Shown: positions 10,131 through 19,964 of the stretch, one piece after another
Position numbering within the stretch: the first letter of the stretch is position 1
Layout: each line of letters opens with the position of its first letter
Assembly: GCA_964418675.1 (NCBI GenBank)
Contig: CAYQMM010000002.1
Coordinates: 196,875 to 260,874, forward strand
DNA: 64,000 nucleotides
From: an uncultured Candidatus Bathyarchaeia archaeon
Lineage (GTDB): Archaea > Thermoproteota > Bathyarchaeia > Bathyarchaeales > Bathyarchaeaceae
Reading direction: 5' to 3'
Made by a program: the position numbers and the translations under genes
The notes under the pieces: generated by a model
The model's database searches: none
What the model saw: the letters and a program-made list of their open reading frames with translations, nothing else
Told to the model about the DNA's origin: nothing

Positions 10131-10131
10131 A

Positions 10132-10710
10132 ATGAGAAAAGTGAAGGTTGAAAGAAAAACGAAAGAAGTGAACATAACCGTGGAGCTAGATGTGGACGGA
10201 AAAGGAAAAATAGAGGTGGAGACGGGCATCAAATTTCTGAACCACCTTCTAGTCACCCTAGCGAAACATGGTCTCTTCGACCTGAAAGTCAAAGCCACAG
10301 GAGACCTGAAGCACCACATAAGCGAGGATGTAGCCTTGGTTTTGGGCGAGGCACTGCGTAAAGTAGTGGATAAAGGGCAGGGAATCAAACGGTTCGGATC
10401 AGCCTATGTTCCCATGGACGAATCCCTTGCAAGAGCAACTGTCGACTTGGGCGGAAGACCCTACATCATCCGAAACCTCAGATTAATGCAACCAGAAATT
10501 GAAGACCTGAAAACCGAGGACATAGAACACTTCTTCGACTCCCTAGCCCAAGCCTCGAAAGCCAACCTGCACATAACAGTTCTCTACGGCAGCAACGAAC
10601 ACCACAAAATAGAAGCAGCCGTAAAAGCCTTAGCTCTGGCGTTGAGGGAAGCTTTACAACTAGACCCAAGAATCGGAGATCAGGTTCCAAGCGCAAAGGG
10701 GGTTCTGTAA
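10132..10710 (+). CDS. hisB: Imidazoleglycerol-phosphate dehydratase
   Basis: The ORF track begins at 10087. The internal ATG 10132 (MRKVKVERKTKEVNITVELDVDG) starts 1 nt after the HAD gene stop. Motifs HHISEDVALVLG and SNEHHKIEA. Confidence 0.9.
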   Translation: MRKVKVERKTKEVNITVELDVDGKGKIEVETGIKFLNHLLVTLAKHGLFDLKVKATGDLKHHISEDVALVLGEALRKVVDKGQGIKRFGSAYVPMDESLARATVDLGGRPYIIRNLRLMQPEIEDLKTEDIEHFFDSLAQASKANLHITVLYGSNEHHKIEAAVKALALALREALQLDPRIGDQVPSAKGVL

Positions 10711-10721
10711 CGGCACCTCAG

Positions 10722-11321
10722 GTGGCAGTCGTGAATTACGGCGTGGGAAACCTGAGAAGTATCAAACGAGGACTCGAAAAATCGGGAGCTCAGGTTCAGA
10801 TTACCCACAGCATCAAGGAACTGCGCAGTTCAGATGCTATCGTTCTGCCGGGTGTGGGCGCCTTTGCACCAGCAGTCAAAAATCTTGTGCCAATAACTGA
10901 CGTTGTAACTGAGACTATGGAGGCGGATAAGCCTATTCTTGGGGTGTGTTTGGGTCTTCAGCTTCTCTTCACGCGGAGCAGCGAAGGCGGCTCAATTCGG
11001 GGACTGGACTTCATCTCAGGAGACATCGTCAAACTGCCTGAGAGTGTAAAGATTCCCCAGATGGGATGGAACACCATCGACTTCACACATGCTCATCCGC
11101 TGCTTGAGGGAGTTAAAAACCACTCCTACGTCTACTTCGTTCACTCCTACTATCCACAGCCCTCGGACCCGAAAGTAATCATAGCCACTACGGAATATGG
11201 AGTCAAGTTTTCTTCGATTGTGGCAAAAAAGAATCTCTTTGCAACACAATTTCACCCTGAGAAGAGCAGCAAAACCGGATTAACCATCCTGAAGAACTTC
11301 GTAAAGATCGTGGAGAGGTAG
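10722..11321 (+). CDS. hisH: Imidazole glycerol phosphate synthase, glutaminase subunit
   Basis: 199 aa with a GTG start. GVCLGLQLL catalytic Cys and QFHPEKS. Confidence 0.9.
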   Translation: MAVVNYGVGNLRSIKRGLEKSGAQVQITHSIKELRSSDAIVLPGVGAFAPAVKNLVPITDVVTETMEADKPILGVCLGLQLLFTRSSEGGSIRGLDFISGDIVKLPESVKIPQMGWNTIDFTHAHPLLEGVKNHSYVYFVHSYYPQPSDPKVIIATTEYGVKFSSIVAKKNLFATQFHPEKSSKTGLTILKNFVKIVER

Positions 11322-11326
11322 CCAGC

Positions 11327-12046
11327 ATGCTAATCATCCCAGCAGTGGACATCCTAGAGGGGAAATGCGTCAGACTAGTTCGAGGAGACCCAGAGAAAAG
11401 CAAGGTCTACTACAATGATCCCCTAGAGGCGGCTCAACTGCTGGAGAACCAAGGGGCAGAACTCATCCATCTAATCGACCTCGACGCAGCCTTAGGTTCT
11501 GGACAAAACATGGAAACAATCAAAAAAATATTAGAAACTGTAAGCGTGAAGGTGCAGATAGGCGGAGGAATCAGAACCCTCGAAAAAGCCGATTCTCTCC
11601 TGAAACTCGGCGCCTACCGCGTAATCTTCGGAACAGCCGCAGTTCAGAAACCCCAATTGGTAGAAGAGGCTGCCCGTCGCCACGGATCAAAAAGCGTTGC
11701 CGTAGCTGTGGACGAGAAAGAGGGAAAAGTGGCTGTCCACGGCTGGAAGAGCCGCTCCGAAATAGATTACTTGGACCTCGCCCGCTCTTTCGAAGCCATG
11801 GGAGTTGGCGCCTTAATCTTCACATCAATCAGCGTGGATGGAACCTTGAAGGGACCAAGAATGGAAAAAATCGTGAAACTAGTGGAAGCTGTGAAAGTTC
11901 CGGTCATCGCATCTGGTGGCGTAGCCACTCTAGCGGACTTGGTGGAGTTGGCTGGGACTGGTGTGGAGGGTGTGGTGGTTGGCACCGCCCTTTACGAGAA
12001 AAAGTTTACCCTTAAAGAGGCGTTGGAGGCTGTCAAGGAATGTTAG
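11327..12046 (+). CDS. hisA: ProFAR isomerase
   Basis: 239 aa. [31 protein letters not shown]. Confidence 0.9.
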   Translation: MLIIPAVDILEGKCVRLVRGDPEKSKVYYNDPLEAAQLLENQGAELIHLIDLDAALGSGQNMETIKKILETVSVKVQIGGGIRTLEKADSLLKLGAYRVIFGTAAVQKPQLVEEAARRHGSKSVAVAVDEKEGKVAVHGWKSRSEIDYLDLARSFEAMGVGALIFTSISVDGTLKGPRMEKIVKLVEAVKVPVIASGGVATLADLVELAGTGVEGVVVGTALYEKKFTLKEALEAVKEC

Positions 12047-12849
12047 CTAAGAGAATAGTGCCCTGTCTTGATGTCATGGACGGCAAGGTTGTGAAGGGCG
12101 TGCAATTCGTGAACTTGAGAATCGAGGGAGACCCTCCGGAGCTTGCTGCGGTCTATGAAGAACAGGGCGCTGACGAGGTGGTTTTCCTAGATATAACTGC
12201 TTCTCACGAGAAACGAGACACAATGTTGGATGTGGTAAGAAAAACCTCGGATATGATTTCCATCCCCTTCACTGTGGGCGGAGGCATCAGAAACATAACT
12301 GACATTCAGAATGCTCTCTCTTCTGGAGCAGATAAGGTTTCCATAAACACTGCGGCGGTGAGAGAGCCAAAAATCGTGAAGGAATCTGCTGAGGTTTTTG
12401 GCAGTCAATGCATAGTTGTTGCCATAGACTCTAAGAGAGTTTACGTGGACACCAACTTGCCTGACAGGATTGTCGTAGATACTCCTGCGGGGAGGTGCTG
12501 GTGGGAAGTCTATGTTGAGGGTGGAAGAGTGCCCACGGGAATAGATGCCCTAGCTTGGGCTAAGACTGTTAAAGAATTGGGTGCAGGGGAGCTCTTGCCA
12601 ACCAGCATGGACTGTGATGGCACCCAGAACGGGTACGACATAGCTTTGACACGCTCCATGAGTGAAGCAACCAATTTGCCGATAATCGCCAGCGGAGGCG
12701 CAGGAAATCTCAATCACATCTATGAAGTTTTGACGGATGGAGACGCTGACGCCGCTCTGGCAGCCTCCATCTTCCATCGGAGTCAATATTCTGTGGGAGA
12801 AGTTAAGAGGTACCTCGTAGAGAAAGGAGTGCCCATGCGTCTAGTCTAA
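12040..12849 (+). CDS. hisF: Imidazole glycerol phosphate synthase, cyclase subunit
   Basis: 269 aa. [21 protein letters not shown]. 7-nt overlap with hisA. Confidence 0.92.
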   Translation: MLAKRIVPCLDVMDGKVVKGVQFVNLRIEGDPPELAAVYEEQGADEVVFLDITASHEKRDTMLDVVRKTSDMISIPFTVGGGIRNITDIQNALSSGADKVSINTAAVREPKIVKESAEVFGSQCIVVAIDSKRVYVDTNLPDRIVVDTPAGRCWWEVYVEGGRVPTGIDALAWAKTVKELGAGELLPTSMDCDGTQNGYDIALTRSMSEATNLPIIASGGAGNLNHIYEVLTDGDADAALAASIFHRSQYSVGEVKRYLVEKGVPMRLV

Positions 12850-12863
12850 AGGAGATAGAAGAA

Positions 12864-13532
12864 ATGGTATTGCAACTAAATGAAACCGAGATTGAAGAAT
12901 TCATCAAGAAAGTGAACTTTGAAAAAGGAGATGGGCTTGTTCCCGCCATTGTTCAAGACACGTCAAACGACAGGGTGTTGATGCAGGCTTACATGAACGA
13001 GGAGGCGTTGCGGTTGACGCTGGAGAGTGGCAAAATGCATTTCTGGAGCAGAAGCCGTAAAAGAATATGGCTTAAAGGCGAAGAGTCTGGACACCACTCC
13101 CTAGTGCAGAATGCTGTTCTAGATTGTGACAGTGACGCAATTCTCTTCAAAGTTCAGCAGATAGGCGCGGTCTGTCATACTGGCGAAGAAACGTGCTTCC
13201 ACAAGCCCTTCATAGCAGAAGAAGAGCAGGAAGTTGATGCAAAGATAGTTGAAAGGATTTTCGAGGTGGTGAAAGAACGGATTCGAAATCCCACAGAGAA
13301 GTCCTATGTCTCCCGCTTAACTGCCGAAGGAGAGGATGCCGTTCTTCAGAAGATAGGGGAAGAATCTGTGGAACTTGTTCTTGCAGTAAAAGAAGGCAAT
13401 GCGAAGGAGATTACACATGAAGCCGCTGACGTGCTCTTTCACATCCTCGTGCTCTTCGCCAAAAAAGGACTCAAGCTTACCAGCATCTTCGAAGAACTGG
13501 AACGTCGCCACAAAAGAAAAACAGAAAATTAA
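12864..13532 (+). CDS. hisIE: Bifunctional phosphoribosyl-AMP cyclohydrolase / phosphoribosyl-ATP pyrophosphatase
   Basis: 222 aa. HisI part (LVPAIVQD, WLKGEESGH, CDSDAILFKV). HisE part (KIGEESVELVLA, EAADVLFH). Confidence 0.9.
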   Translation: MVLQLNETEIEEFIKKVNFEKGDGLVPAIVQDTSNDRVLMQAYMNEEALRLTLESGKMHFWSRSRKRIWLKGEESGHHSLVQNAVLDCDSDAILFKVQQIGAVCHTGEETCFHKPFIAEEEQEVDAKIVERIFEVVKERIRNPTEKSYVSRLTAEGEDAVLQKIGEESVELVLAVKEGNAKEITHEAADVLFHILVLFAKKGLKLTSIFEELERRHKRKTEN

Positions 13533-13560
13533 CAAAAATGACGGAGATTTGCCAAACCGT

Positions 13561-14079
13561 TTAAGCTTCACTTCCATCCAAAGCTTCAATCAATGTGTCG
13601 GCGCCGTCCGGCGTAAACTGCGATTCCACATTTCTCACTTTCTTTCCCGTGACCGACTGGAAAATTGCCATGGCTATGAGCGCATAGGTGCAGGCCACGT
13701 CCTTCGGCTTCAGCAGATCGTGGCAGGTTTCAGCAAAGGTGCAGCATCCAACGTGAAACATGTATTTTTCGTTACCAAGCTTCTTGAAGGTAGCTTCCTT
13801 CAAAAATCCTGTTCTCATAAGTTCTTTCGCGAAGTTATTAAAAACCTCGTCTAGCGTTTCCCCTTTGATTAAGTTAAGGCCTTTTTGCCGTTCAATTAGG
13901 TTGATGGTATCCAGCACTGGATGTACGAAAACTGCTTCTCCAGAGCCTAGGATGTCCTTGAGTTTCTTCTGGTACGCGAAGAGTATGGTGTGGAAGAATG
14001 TAGGAAGATCAAATTTGCTTTGTGGCCCAGTCAACTTTACAACGCATCCATTGTAGAAGATGTTTTTCTGTTGTGGCAT
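13561..14079 (-). CDS. Hypothetical cytosolic protein (weak resemblance to V4R-type small-molecule-binding domains)
   Basis: 172-aa ORF. It contains a HVGCCTFAETCH cysteine cluster. No confident family assignment from reading alone. Confidence 0.5.
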   Translation of the reverse strand: MPQQKNIFYNGCVVKLTGPQSKFDLPTFFHTILFAYQKKLKDILGSGEAVFVHPVLDTINLIERQKGLNLIKGETLDEVFNNFAKELMRTGFLKEATFKKLGNEKYMFHVGCCTFAETCHDLLKPKDVACTYALIAMAIFQSVTGKKVRNVESQFTPDGADTLIEALDGSEA

Positions 14080-14343
14080 AAAAGTTTATTGAAAAATCAA
14101 TACAGATTTTGTATATCATTATTTTGTTATTACACGTTTAGTTCAGATATTCTTATTTTCCATCGGATTCTGAAAGTGAACAGTAATTTTCAATTCATAC
14201 CCATGCTTCACATGATTTAAAACCGTAAAGTTACTAAATCATAACTTCGTGCATATTAATCTCAGATGCGTTCTCAAAGGAGCATCAAATCTTTCCTTTC
14301 TTAAGGGGCGCTCATCATGTAGAGGGAACGCGTCGATGGAGAC

Positions 14344-14350
14344 AAAAAAA
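14344..14350 (-). terminator. Oligo-T run (T7 on the minus strand) downstream of the MBL-fold gene
   Basis: A7 on the plus strand, 56 nt past the stop at 14406. Archaeal terminators are typically oligo-T tracts. Confidence 0.3.
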
Positions 14351-14405
14351 TGCACTCATTCCCCTTTTTTTCATGGACCCACATGCTTCTATCAAGTTGG
14401 ACGCT

Positions 14406-15182
14406 TCAAAGTGTAAGTTCCAAGCCGTCAAATGCTGCGGTTGTTTCATGAAATATCTTCTTCGCCGCAGATTCTGCCTCTTTTCGATTCTTCACAGTTT
14501 CGTAAATGCTGGCGTCAAAATGGGTCAGCGCTAGTTTCTTTACATGTGCCTGTTTGGCGACATTTGCTGCATCTTCGGGTTTCAGATGAGACCAGCCCCA
14601 TTCAACTTGTCCCGGCTTAAATGAACATTCAGCTATTAGTAAATCTGCATTTTCAGAAAGTTCAATCATGTTTTCGCAAACTCTGGTGTCTACGCAATAG
14701 GCGATGATTTTATCCTCTAATTCAAGTCTGTATCCTAGACATGGATCTGCGTGGACAAGAAGTTTGCAAGTGAAAGGAAAGGGTTTATGATGTTTTCCCT
14801 CTTTTAGTTCGTGAATTTGTATTTTTAAAGGTAAATCATTAAAGGGAACAGAGTATGGGTGGCGAATTATCTTCAGCCCATCTTTTGTGCCTGTGTATCC
14901 GTATATATTCAGCGGTTGCTTGAATTTGAATTTGCTAAGCGCGTGAAGCCCTACTATATGATCAAGATGCAAATGGCTCAAAAACAGGTTTATCGGCTTC
15001 TCGGTCTTGATATACCTGTCTAACTTGAACAGCCCGTCACCAGCGTCTAGAATTACGTAGGACTCCTTTGAATCCACCAAAACGCACTGCGTATTACCTA
15101 AGCCTGTTGAATACCATCCATTAGTCCCGAGAAACACAACTTTCAAGACCTTAACCTCAATTGGATTAAAACAATAAGTCAC
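14406..15182 (-). CDS. MBL-fold metallo-hydrolase (RNase Z-like)
   Basis: 258 aa. LSHLHLDHIVGLH (HxHxDH) motif. Confidence 0.8.
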   Translation of the reverse strand: MTYCFNPIEVKVLKVVFLGTNGWYSTGLGNTQCVLVDSKESYVILDAGDGLFKLDRYIKTEKPINLFLSHLHLDHIVGLHALSKFKFKQPLNIYGYTGTKDGLKIIRHPYSVPFNDLPLKIQIHELKEGKHHKPFPFTCKLLVHADPCLGYRLELEDKIIAYCVDTRVCENMIELSENADLLIAECSFKPGQVEWGWSHLKPEDAANVAKQAHVKKLALTHFDASIYETVKNRKEAESAAKKIFHETTAAFDGLELTL

Positions 15183-15231
15183 TATGACAAGAAAAGAGTA
15201 ACGTTAAGAACTTCTTCTGGTCTGGCTTTGT

Positions 15232-16368
15232 TTACACGATTTCCTTGAATAATTTTCCAAGACCAGCTATTTTGTAAACATATTGCAGATGAATTATTCT
15301 CTTCACCATTTGGGCAAGTCGTCCTTCCATCTTCACTCCAGAGATCATTCCTATACCATATTTCTCCCCTACGGCTAAGATTAGCCCACTAAACTTCGGA
15401 ACGAAAACACTCCTCTCAGCCCCAGTTAAATCTGCATACAAGTTCTTAGCCACTGCTTCAGCTTGCTGCAAGGCAATCTCAATACATTGCGGAAGGATTT
15501 CTCTGGTTTTGGAATCTACAACAAGAGCGCAATCACCCACCACATAAACTCCAGGGAACCCAACAGCTTCACAAAACTCGTTAATCTCCACCCTATTATT
15601 CTTTCCAATCTTCAACCCGCTCCTACTAGTTACCCCAGAACCCTGAACCCCCCCCGTCCAAATAAAAAGGGAACAATCAATTTGGCTGCCGTCATTCAAA
15701 ACAATAGTGTCTGCCTTAACCTCAACGATATATTTGCCGAAAATAATTTCGGCGCCCATCTCTGTTAAAAGGGCAGTCACCTTTCTAGAAAATTCTGGCA
15801 TATCCCATGATGGAAGCAAGCTTTTAGAGCCTTCAATTATGGTGACATGGCATTTGAGTTCGTCCAGAATTTCACCTGCCACCTCAGCACCTGTAAATCC
15901 CCCACCGCCCACGACGATAGTAGCATCTTTATCTTGCGCTAAAGCCTTCTTCAACTTGTCCCTGATTTGAGCAGCTGCCTCTACAGAACTAACACAGAAA
16001 GATTGCTCCTCAGCCCCTTTAATATGATAATAGTTTGGTTCGCTTCCAAGGGCAACTACGAGTTTGTAATATGGTAAGTCGCCGTTATTGGTCTTAATCA
16101 CTTTGTTTGTGAAGTCAATCTCATGGACGGTTGCCTGAAAAAACTGAATTTTCCTTTTCTCCAGCAACTCATTCAAAGGTACTGTGATATCAGAAGCTTT
16201 CTTTGCATCTGTAATAATTTCATAGGCAAGATGCAAGTATTGATGGTAATCATTTTTGTCAACGAGAACAATCTCAATATCATCTGAAGGCTTTATCTTC
16301 TCTTCAAGCTCAACCGCTGTCAGCAAACCACCATATCCAGCTCCAAGAATTACCAATCGCTTCTTCAA
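15232..16368 (-). CDS. ndh: FAD-dependent pyridine nucleotide-disulfide oxidoreductase, type II NADH dehydrogenase-like
   Basis: 378 aa. Two Rossmann motifs (VILGAGYGG, VVGGGGFTGAE) and GDCA near the C-terminus. Confidence 0.7.
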   Translation of the reverse strand: MKKRLVILGAGYGGLLTAVELEEKIKPSDDIEIVLVDKNDYHQYLHLAYEIITDAKKASDITVPLNELLEKRKIQFFQATVHEIDFTNKVIKTNNGDLPYYKLVVALGSEPNYYHIKGAEEQSFCVSSVEAAAQIRDKLKKALAQDKDATIVVGGGGFTGAEVAGEILDELKCHVTIIEGSKSLLPSWDMPEFSRKVTALLTEMGAEIIFGKYIVEVKADTIVLNDGSQIDCSLFIWTGGVQGSGVTSRSGLKIGKNNRVEINEFCEAVGFPGVYVVGDCALVVDSKTREILPQCIEIALQQAEAVAKNLYADLTGAERSVFVPKFSGLILAVGEKYGIGMISGVKMEGRLAQMVKRIIHLQYVYKIAGLGKLFKEIV

Positions 16369-16442
16369 TAACTAAACCAACCAACTGTGAACATATTCCT
16401 AATTAACCTAACTTCTTAATCCCGCTTAATTATGCGCCAGAA

Positions 16443-16718
16443 TTACCATTGGCTCCACATTTGCATTTTGTCTCGTCCCCAGATGATCCACATCAAGCCA
16501 ATGAGCACACCAGTGATGCATAGAGACACGACGAAGACAACGATGTTTTGAAACAGATTAAACTCTTCTGACCAGTACAAAGCAAAGATCAGGATGAAGA
16601 CAAGCCACACGAGAAAGACAACAACCGAAGCAACGATAAGCCCCATTGGAAATATTTTCTGCATGTCCACAGGAGGCGCGCCCTCGTTTTCAGTTGCCAT
16701 ATATTTTTGGTTCAACAT
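16443..16718 (-). CDS. Small membrane protein, two TM helices
   Basis: 91-aa ORF with two strongly hydrophobic segments. Confidence 0.45.
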   Translation of the reverse strand: MLNQKYMATENEGAPPVDMQKIFPMGLIVASVVVFLVWLVFILIFALYWSEEFNLFQNIVVFVVSLCITGVLIGLMWIIWGRDKMQMWSQW

Positions 16719-16834
16719 GTTGTTTAGTTATTTTCTTAGCTTTCAATATTTATGACTGTTGGTCTTCGAAAGTTGGCTAACTTCAGAAGGTTTTGCGATA
16801 TGTATTTCTCTCAGTTTAAGCAATCATCCTTAAA

Positions 16835-17563
16835 ATGTCACTTAAACCAATGTTTACCCGAGTAGTGAAAAGATACGACCTCCTCAACCACCTCCTCACC
16901 TGGGGGCTTGATACAGTCTGGCGAAAGACATGCGCCAAAGAGTGCGCGTCTGATGGAGTCATCGTTGACCTCTGTTGCGGAACTGGCGACCTTGCACTAA
17001 ACATATCAACCTATGCTGCTTCAGAGACAACCATGCTTGGACTGGACTTCAGCAAGATGATGCTCAAACGGGCGAAAGGCAAAGAACATTCAGAAAGACG
17101 AAGAAACGATATTAAACAGAAGAAAATAGGAGACGGCAAAAGCGACATAAACTTTATCCTTGCAGATGCAGCTCACCTCCCATTCAAAGATGATGCCATT
17201 AATCGAATAGGCATCTCATTCTCCTTCCGCAACCTAATCTACAGGAACCCCAAGGCAAAGACATTTCTAATGGAGGTTCTAAGGACACTTCGCCTCCATG
17301 GAAAGTTCATATTTGTGGAGACCAGCCAACCAAAATCACTGCCCTTAAGAATTCTCTATCACTTGTACCTCAGCAAAGCTGTGCCCCTTCTCGGATGGCT
17401 CATATCAGGAAACAAAGGCGCCTATCGTTACCTTGGAACATCAGCAACAAATTTTCCCTCAGCAGAAGAAGTTGCCAACATGCTATTCAACGCTGGATTC
17501 CAAAGCGTATTATTCAAGCATATAACTTTCGGAGCAGTGGCACTACACGTTGGGGTGAAGTAG
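16835..17563 (+). CDS. ubiE: UbiE/MenG-family (demethyl)menaquinone/ubiquinone C-methyltransferase
   Basis: 242 aa. YDLLNHLLTWGLDTVWRK is the UbiE signature. DLCCGTGD is the SAM motif. Confidence 0.75.
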   Translation: MSLKPMFTRVVKRYDLLNHLLTWGLDTVWRKTCAKECASDGVIVDLCCGTGDLALNISTYAASETTMLGLDFSKMMLKRAKGKEHSERRRNDIKQKKIGDGKSDINFILADAAHLPFKDDAINRIGISFSFRNLIYRNPKAKTFLMEVLRTLRLHGKFIFVETSQPKSLPLRILYHLYLSKAVPLLGWLISGNKGAYRYLGTSATNFPSAEEVANMLFNAGFQSVLFKHITFGAVALHVGVK

Positions 17564-17637
17564 CTACCCGCACGTCCAAACTTGTTGAAGTATACGTTAG
17601 ATAAATCTCTCTTTTTATAAGATGCCACATTCTGTTA

Positions 17638-18231
17638 TTGGACGGTGAGATTATGTTTAATGAATTGGCTTTGATGATGCTGATGATGTGGCCAGCAATA
17701 CCGATGTCTCTAATTCAACTACACCTAGTCCCCAGTTTTTGGAGAAAACTAGGCGTCCGGACATACCTTGTCTGGCTGTTGGAATGGTTGCCCGTCGCCT
17801 ACGTAATACGTTCCTTGCAAGATGCACTTCTTCAAAATGAAATCCCTGTTAATTCACCTATAATTGCTATTGGAGTCTTCTTCGTAGTCGCGGGCATTGC
17901 TCTTCATGCGTGGACAGCTAAACTGCTTGGAATCAAGGCTACAGTTGGCTACACGGAGCTGAAGCCAGAAACTGATGCTAATGGGAGTCTGGTAATGTCT
18001 GGTCCTTTCTCTGTGGTGAGGCACCCGTCTTATGGGGCGCACTCCCTCATTCTTGTAGGTACATTCCTGATTACAAGCGTTATCGCTGTTGGAATTATGG
18101 CATTAACTGACCTGCTGATTGCTTACTTCGTTACCATGGAACTGGAAGAACGAGAATTACTGGAAAGATTCGGAGACCAGTACGAGAAATATCGGATGAA
18201 AGTCCCTAAATTCTTCCCCAAAATCGGCTAA
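17638..18231 (+). CDS. Isoprenylcysteine carboxyl / phospholipid methyltransferase-family membrane protein
   Basis: 197 aa, polytopic. VVRHPSYGAHSL and EERELLERFGDQYEKY motifs. Confidence 0.65.
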   Translation: MDGEIMFNELALMMLMMWPAIPMSLIQLHLVPSFWRKLGVRTYLVWLLEWLPVAYVIRSLQDALLQNEIPVNSPIIAIGVFFVVAGIALHAWTAKLLGIKATVGYTELKPETDANGSLVMSGPFSVVRHPSYGAHSLILVGTFLITSVIAVGIMALTDLLIAYFVTMELEERELLERFGDQYEKYRMKVPKFFPKIG

Positions 18232-18265
18232 AGACAGCCCTTGATGCCCCGTAAAATTCGTCGTT

Positions 18266-18850
18266 CTAGGTTTGCGTCTTTATTGGTTTGAAGGATCGGA
18301 GACCAATAAATCGGGGCACGTTCTTACAATACTCTTCGTATGGTTTTCCATATTGTTGCCGTAGCCAAGGCTCTTCGCTAAAAGGAAGTATCACAAACAC
18401 AGCCACAACAATGGTTCCTGTGACTAAAGCCATGAATGAGCTTGTGGCAAGAATTACTCCCGCATACAGAAGAATGAAACCCACATATTGCGGATTTCGC
18501 GTAAACCGATACGGACCAGCCGTCACCAGTTTTCCCTTCAAACCAAGGCTCTGATGTGTACTCAAGGTTAGGGTTCCCCAATAGGCAAAGCTGCCTCCTA
18601 TCAGAATCATCAAACCCCCAATCAAAAAGCGAGACCAATGGGCATAACCTAACGTCTCCAAGTCGAGGATTCCAACTAATGGCACCCCACCCATGCCAAT
18701 CGCCGAAAGGACCCAGCTGACCCAGAACTGCCACGAATTCTTTCTTGGAGGTGGCCAGATACGAAATTTTGGAAAAAGCGCGCTGACGGCAACCCCGAGG
18801 AGCAGCAGGAGATTTACTGAAAGAACAACAGCAAATAACGCGAATTTCAT
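18266..18850 (-). CDS. Second ICMT/PEMT-family membrane methyltransferase paralogue
   Basis: 194 aa, polytopic. FTRNPQYVGFILLY and EEPWLRQQYGKPYEEY motifs. Convergent with the previous gene. Confidence 0.65.
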   Translation of the reverse strand: MKFALFAVVLSVNLLLLLGVAVSALFPKFRIWPPPRKNSWQFWVSWVLSAIGMGGVPLVGILDLETLGYAHWSRFLIGGLMILIGGSFAYWGTLTLSTHQSLGLKGKLVTAGPYRFTRNPQYVGFILLYAGVILATSSFMALVTGTIVVAVFVILPFSEEPWLRQQYGKPYEEYCKNVPRFIGLRSFKPIKTQT

Positions 18851-18925
18851 GGCTCTATTTTAGTGTATACACGGCTTAAAAGCATTGTATGCAACATAAG
18901 CTGCGCTTGTTAGACAAGTTAGTTA

Positions 18926-19915
18926 TTAGATTCGAAGCAGTTCTATCTCTTCATCACTTGCTGCACTGGCTGCTAGGGTCTTCACCTTTTCGGCTACATA
19001 TTTAACATCCACTTCGACGCCTTCTGCAGCATCGGAGTATCTGACAGTGATCTCCGCAGCCTTCTTAACCACCTTATCTGGGCATCCGTCTTCTAACACA
19101 GTTATCGGACCCATGTAACCAACAACCTCTAGATAGGGTCGCTTTCTTTGTCTAGCAATGGACAATAAGCGGTTATTCTCCTCTTCGTTTCTTCCCACAA
19201 CAATTTTGCAGCCATCAACCCTGAAGTGCCTGCCAATTCTCAAGAGCGATATATCATCTATTTCTAGGCGCTCGTTATGCTTCAGGAACTCCCTGAGTCT
19301 ATCAGCGAACCGTGGGTCAGTCAGCAGACATCCTCCCGACGGACAAGGATAATCGTTAATTCCCCACTCTTTAGCCAGGCTCATCTGTGGCAATCTTCGC
19401 CTGCCACGAATCGAAAAGAGCTTCTCCCTATCTACCAGCCCACTTTTCTCAGCCTCTGTTTCTGGTAATAGTTTGGCTGATAGAGGTCTCAGAATCTCTC
19501 CCTCCATTCCCGCCTCCTTTTCTATGCGTTCCATAGACCTCTTAGTTTGGGAGAAAGGTCTTTCATCCAGAACCTCCCCGGTTACGACACATTCTGCCCC
19601 AATTTTCTGTGCCAGCTCCTTGGCTTTTCTCAGCATCAATATTCTGCAGTCGATACAGGGGTTCATCCGGCTTCCATAGCCATGGGGAGGATCTGTCACC
19701 AAATCCAAGTATTCTTTGCCCAGAAAGACTGTGTGAGCCTTTATTCCAAACTTTTTCACCGCAGATTCTGCTGCACACTTGTCGCAAAGACAAAAAGGAG
19801 TGGTAAAAATGGCTGCCTCCACATCCACACCCTGCTCAAGCATTGCTTTAACAGCTAATGTGCTGTCTAAGCCACCGGAGAGCAGGACCAGCACTTTTCT
19901 ATTCTTCTCAGTCAA
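18926..19915 (-). CDS. PP-loop ATPase, ThiI/MnmA-like sulfurtransferase without a THUMP domain
   Basis: 329 aa. LLSGGLDST PP-loop, NPCIDCRILM, CPSGGCLLTD. Last gene of the sulfur array. Confidence 0.65.
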   Translation of the reverse strand: MTEKNRKVLVLLSGGLDSTLAVKAMLEQGVDVEAAIFTTPFCLCDKCAAESAVKKFGIKAHTVFLGKEYLDLVTDPPHGYGSRMNPCIDCRILMLRKAKELAQKIGAECVVTGEVLDERPFSQTKRSMERIEKEAGMEGEILRPLSAKLLPETEAEKSGLVDREKLFSIRGRRRLPQMSLAKEWGINDYPCPSGGCLLTDPRFADRLREFLKHNERLEIDDISLLRIGRHFRVDGCKIVVGRNEEENNRLLSIARQRKRPYLEVVGYMGPITVLEDGCPDKVVKKAAEITVRYSDAAEGVEVDVKYVAEKVKTLAASAASDEEIELLRI

Positions 19916-19964
19916 TACCCTGTCACCAACATGAACGAAGAACCGTTTCTTGGAGGTTCCAGAT

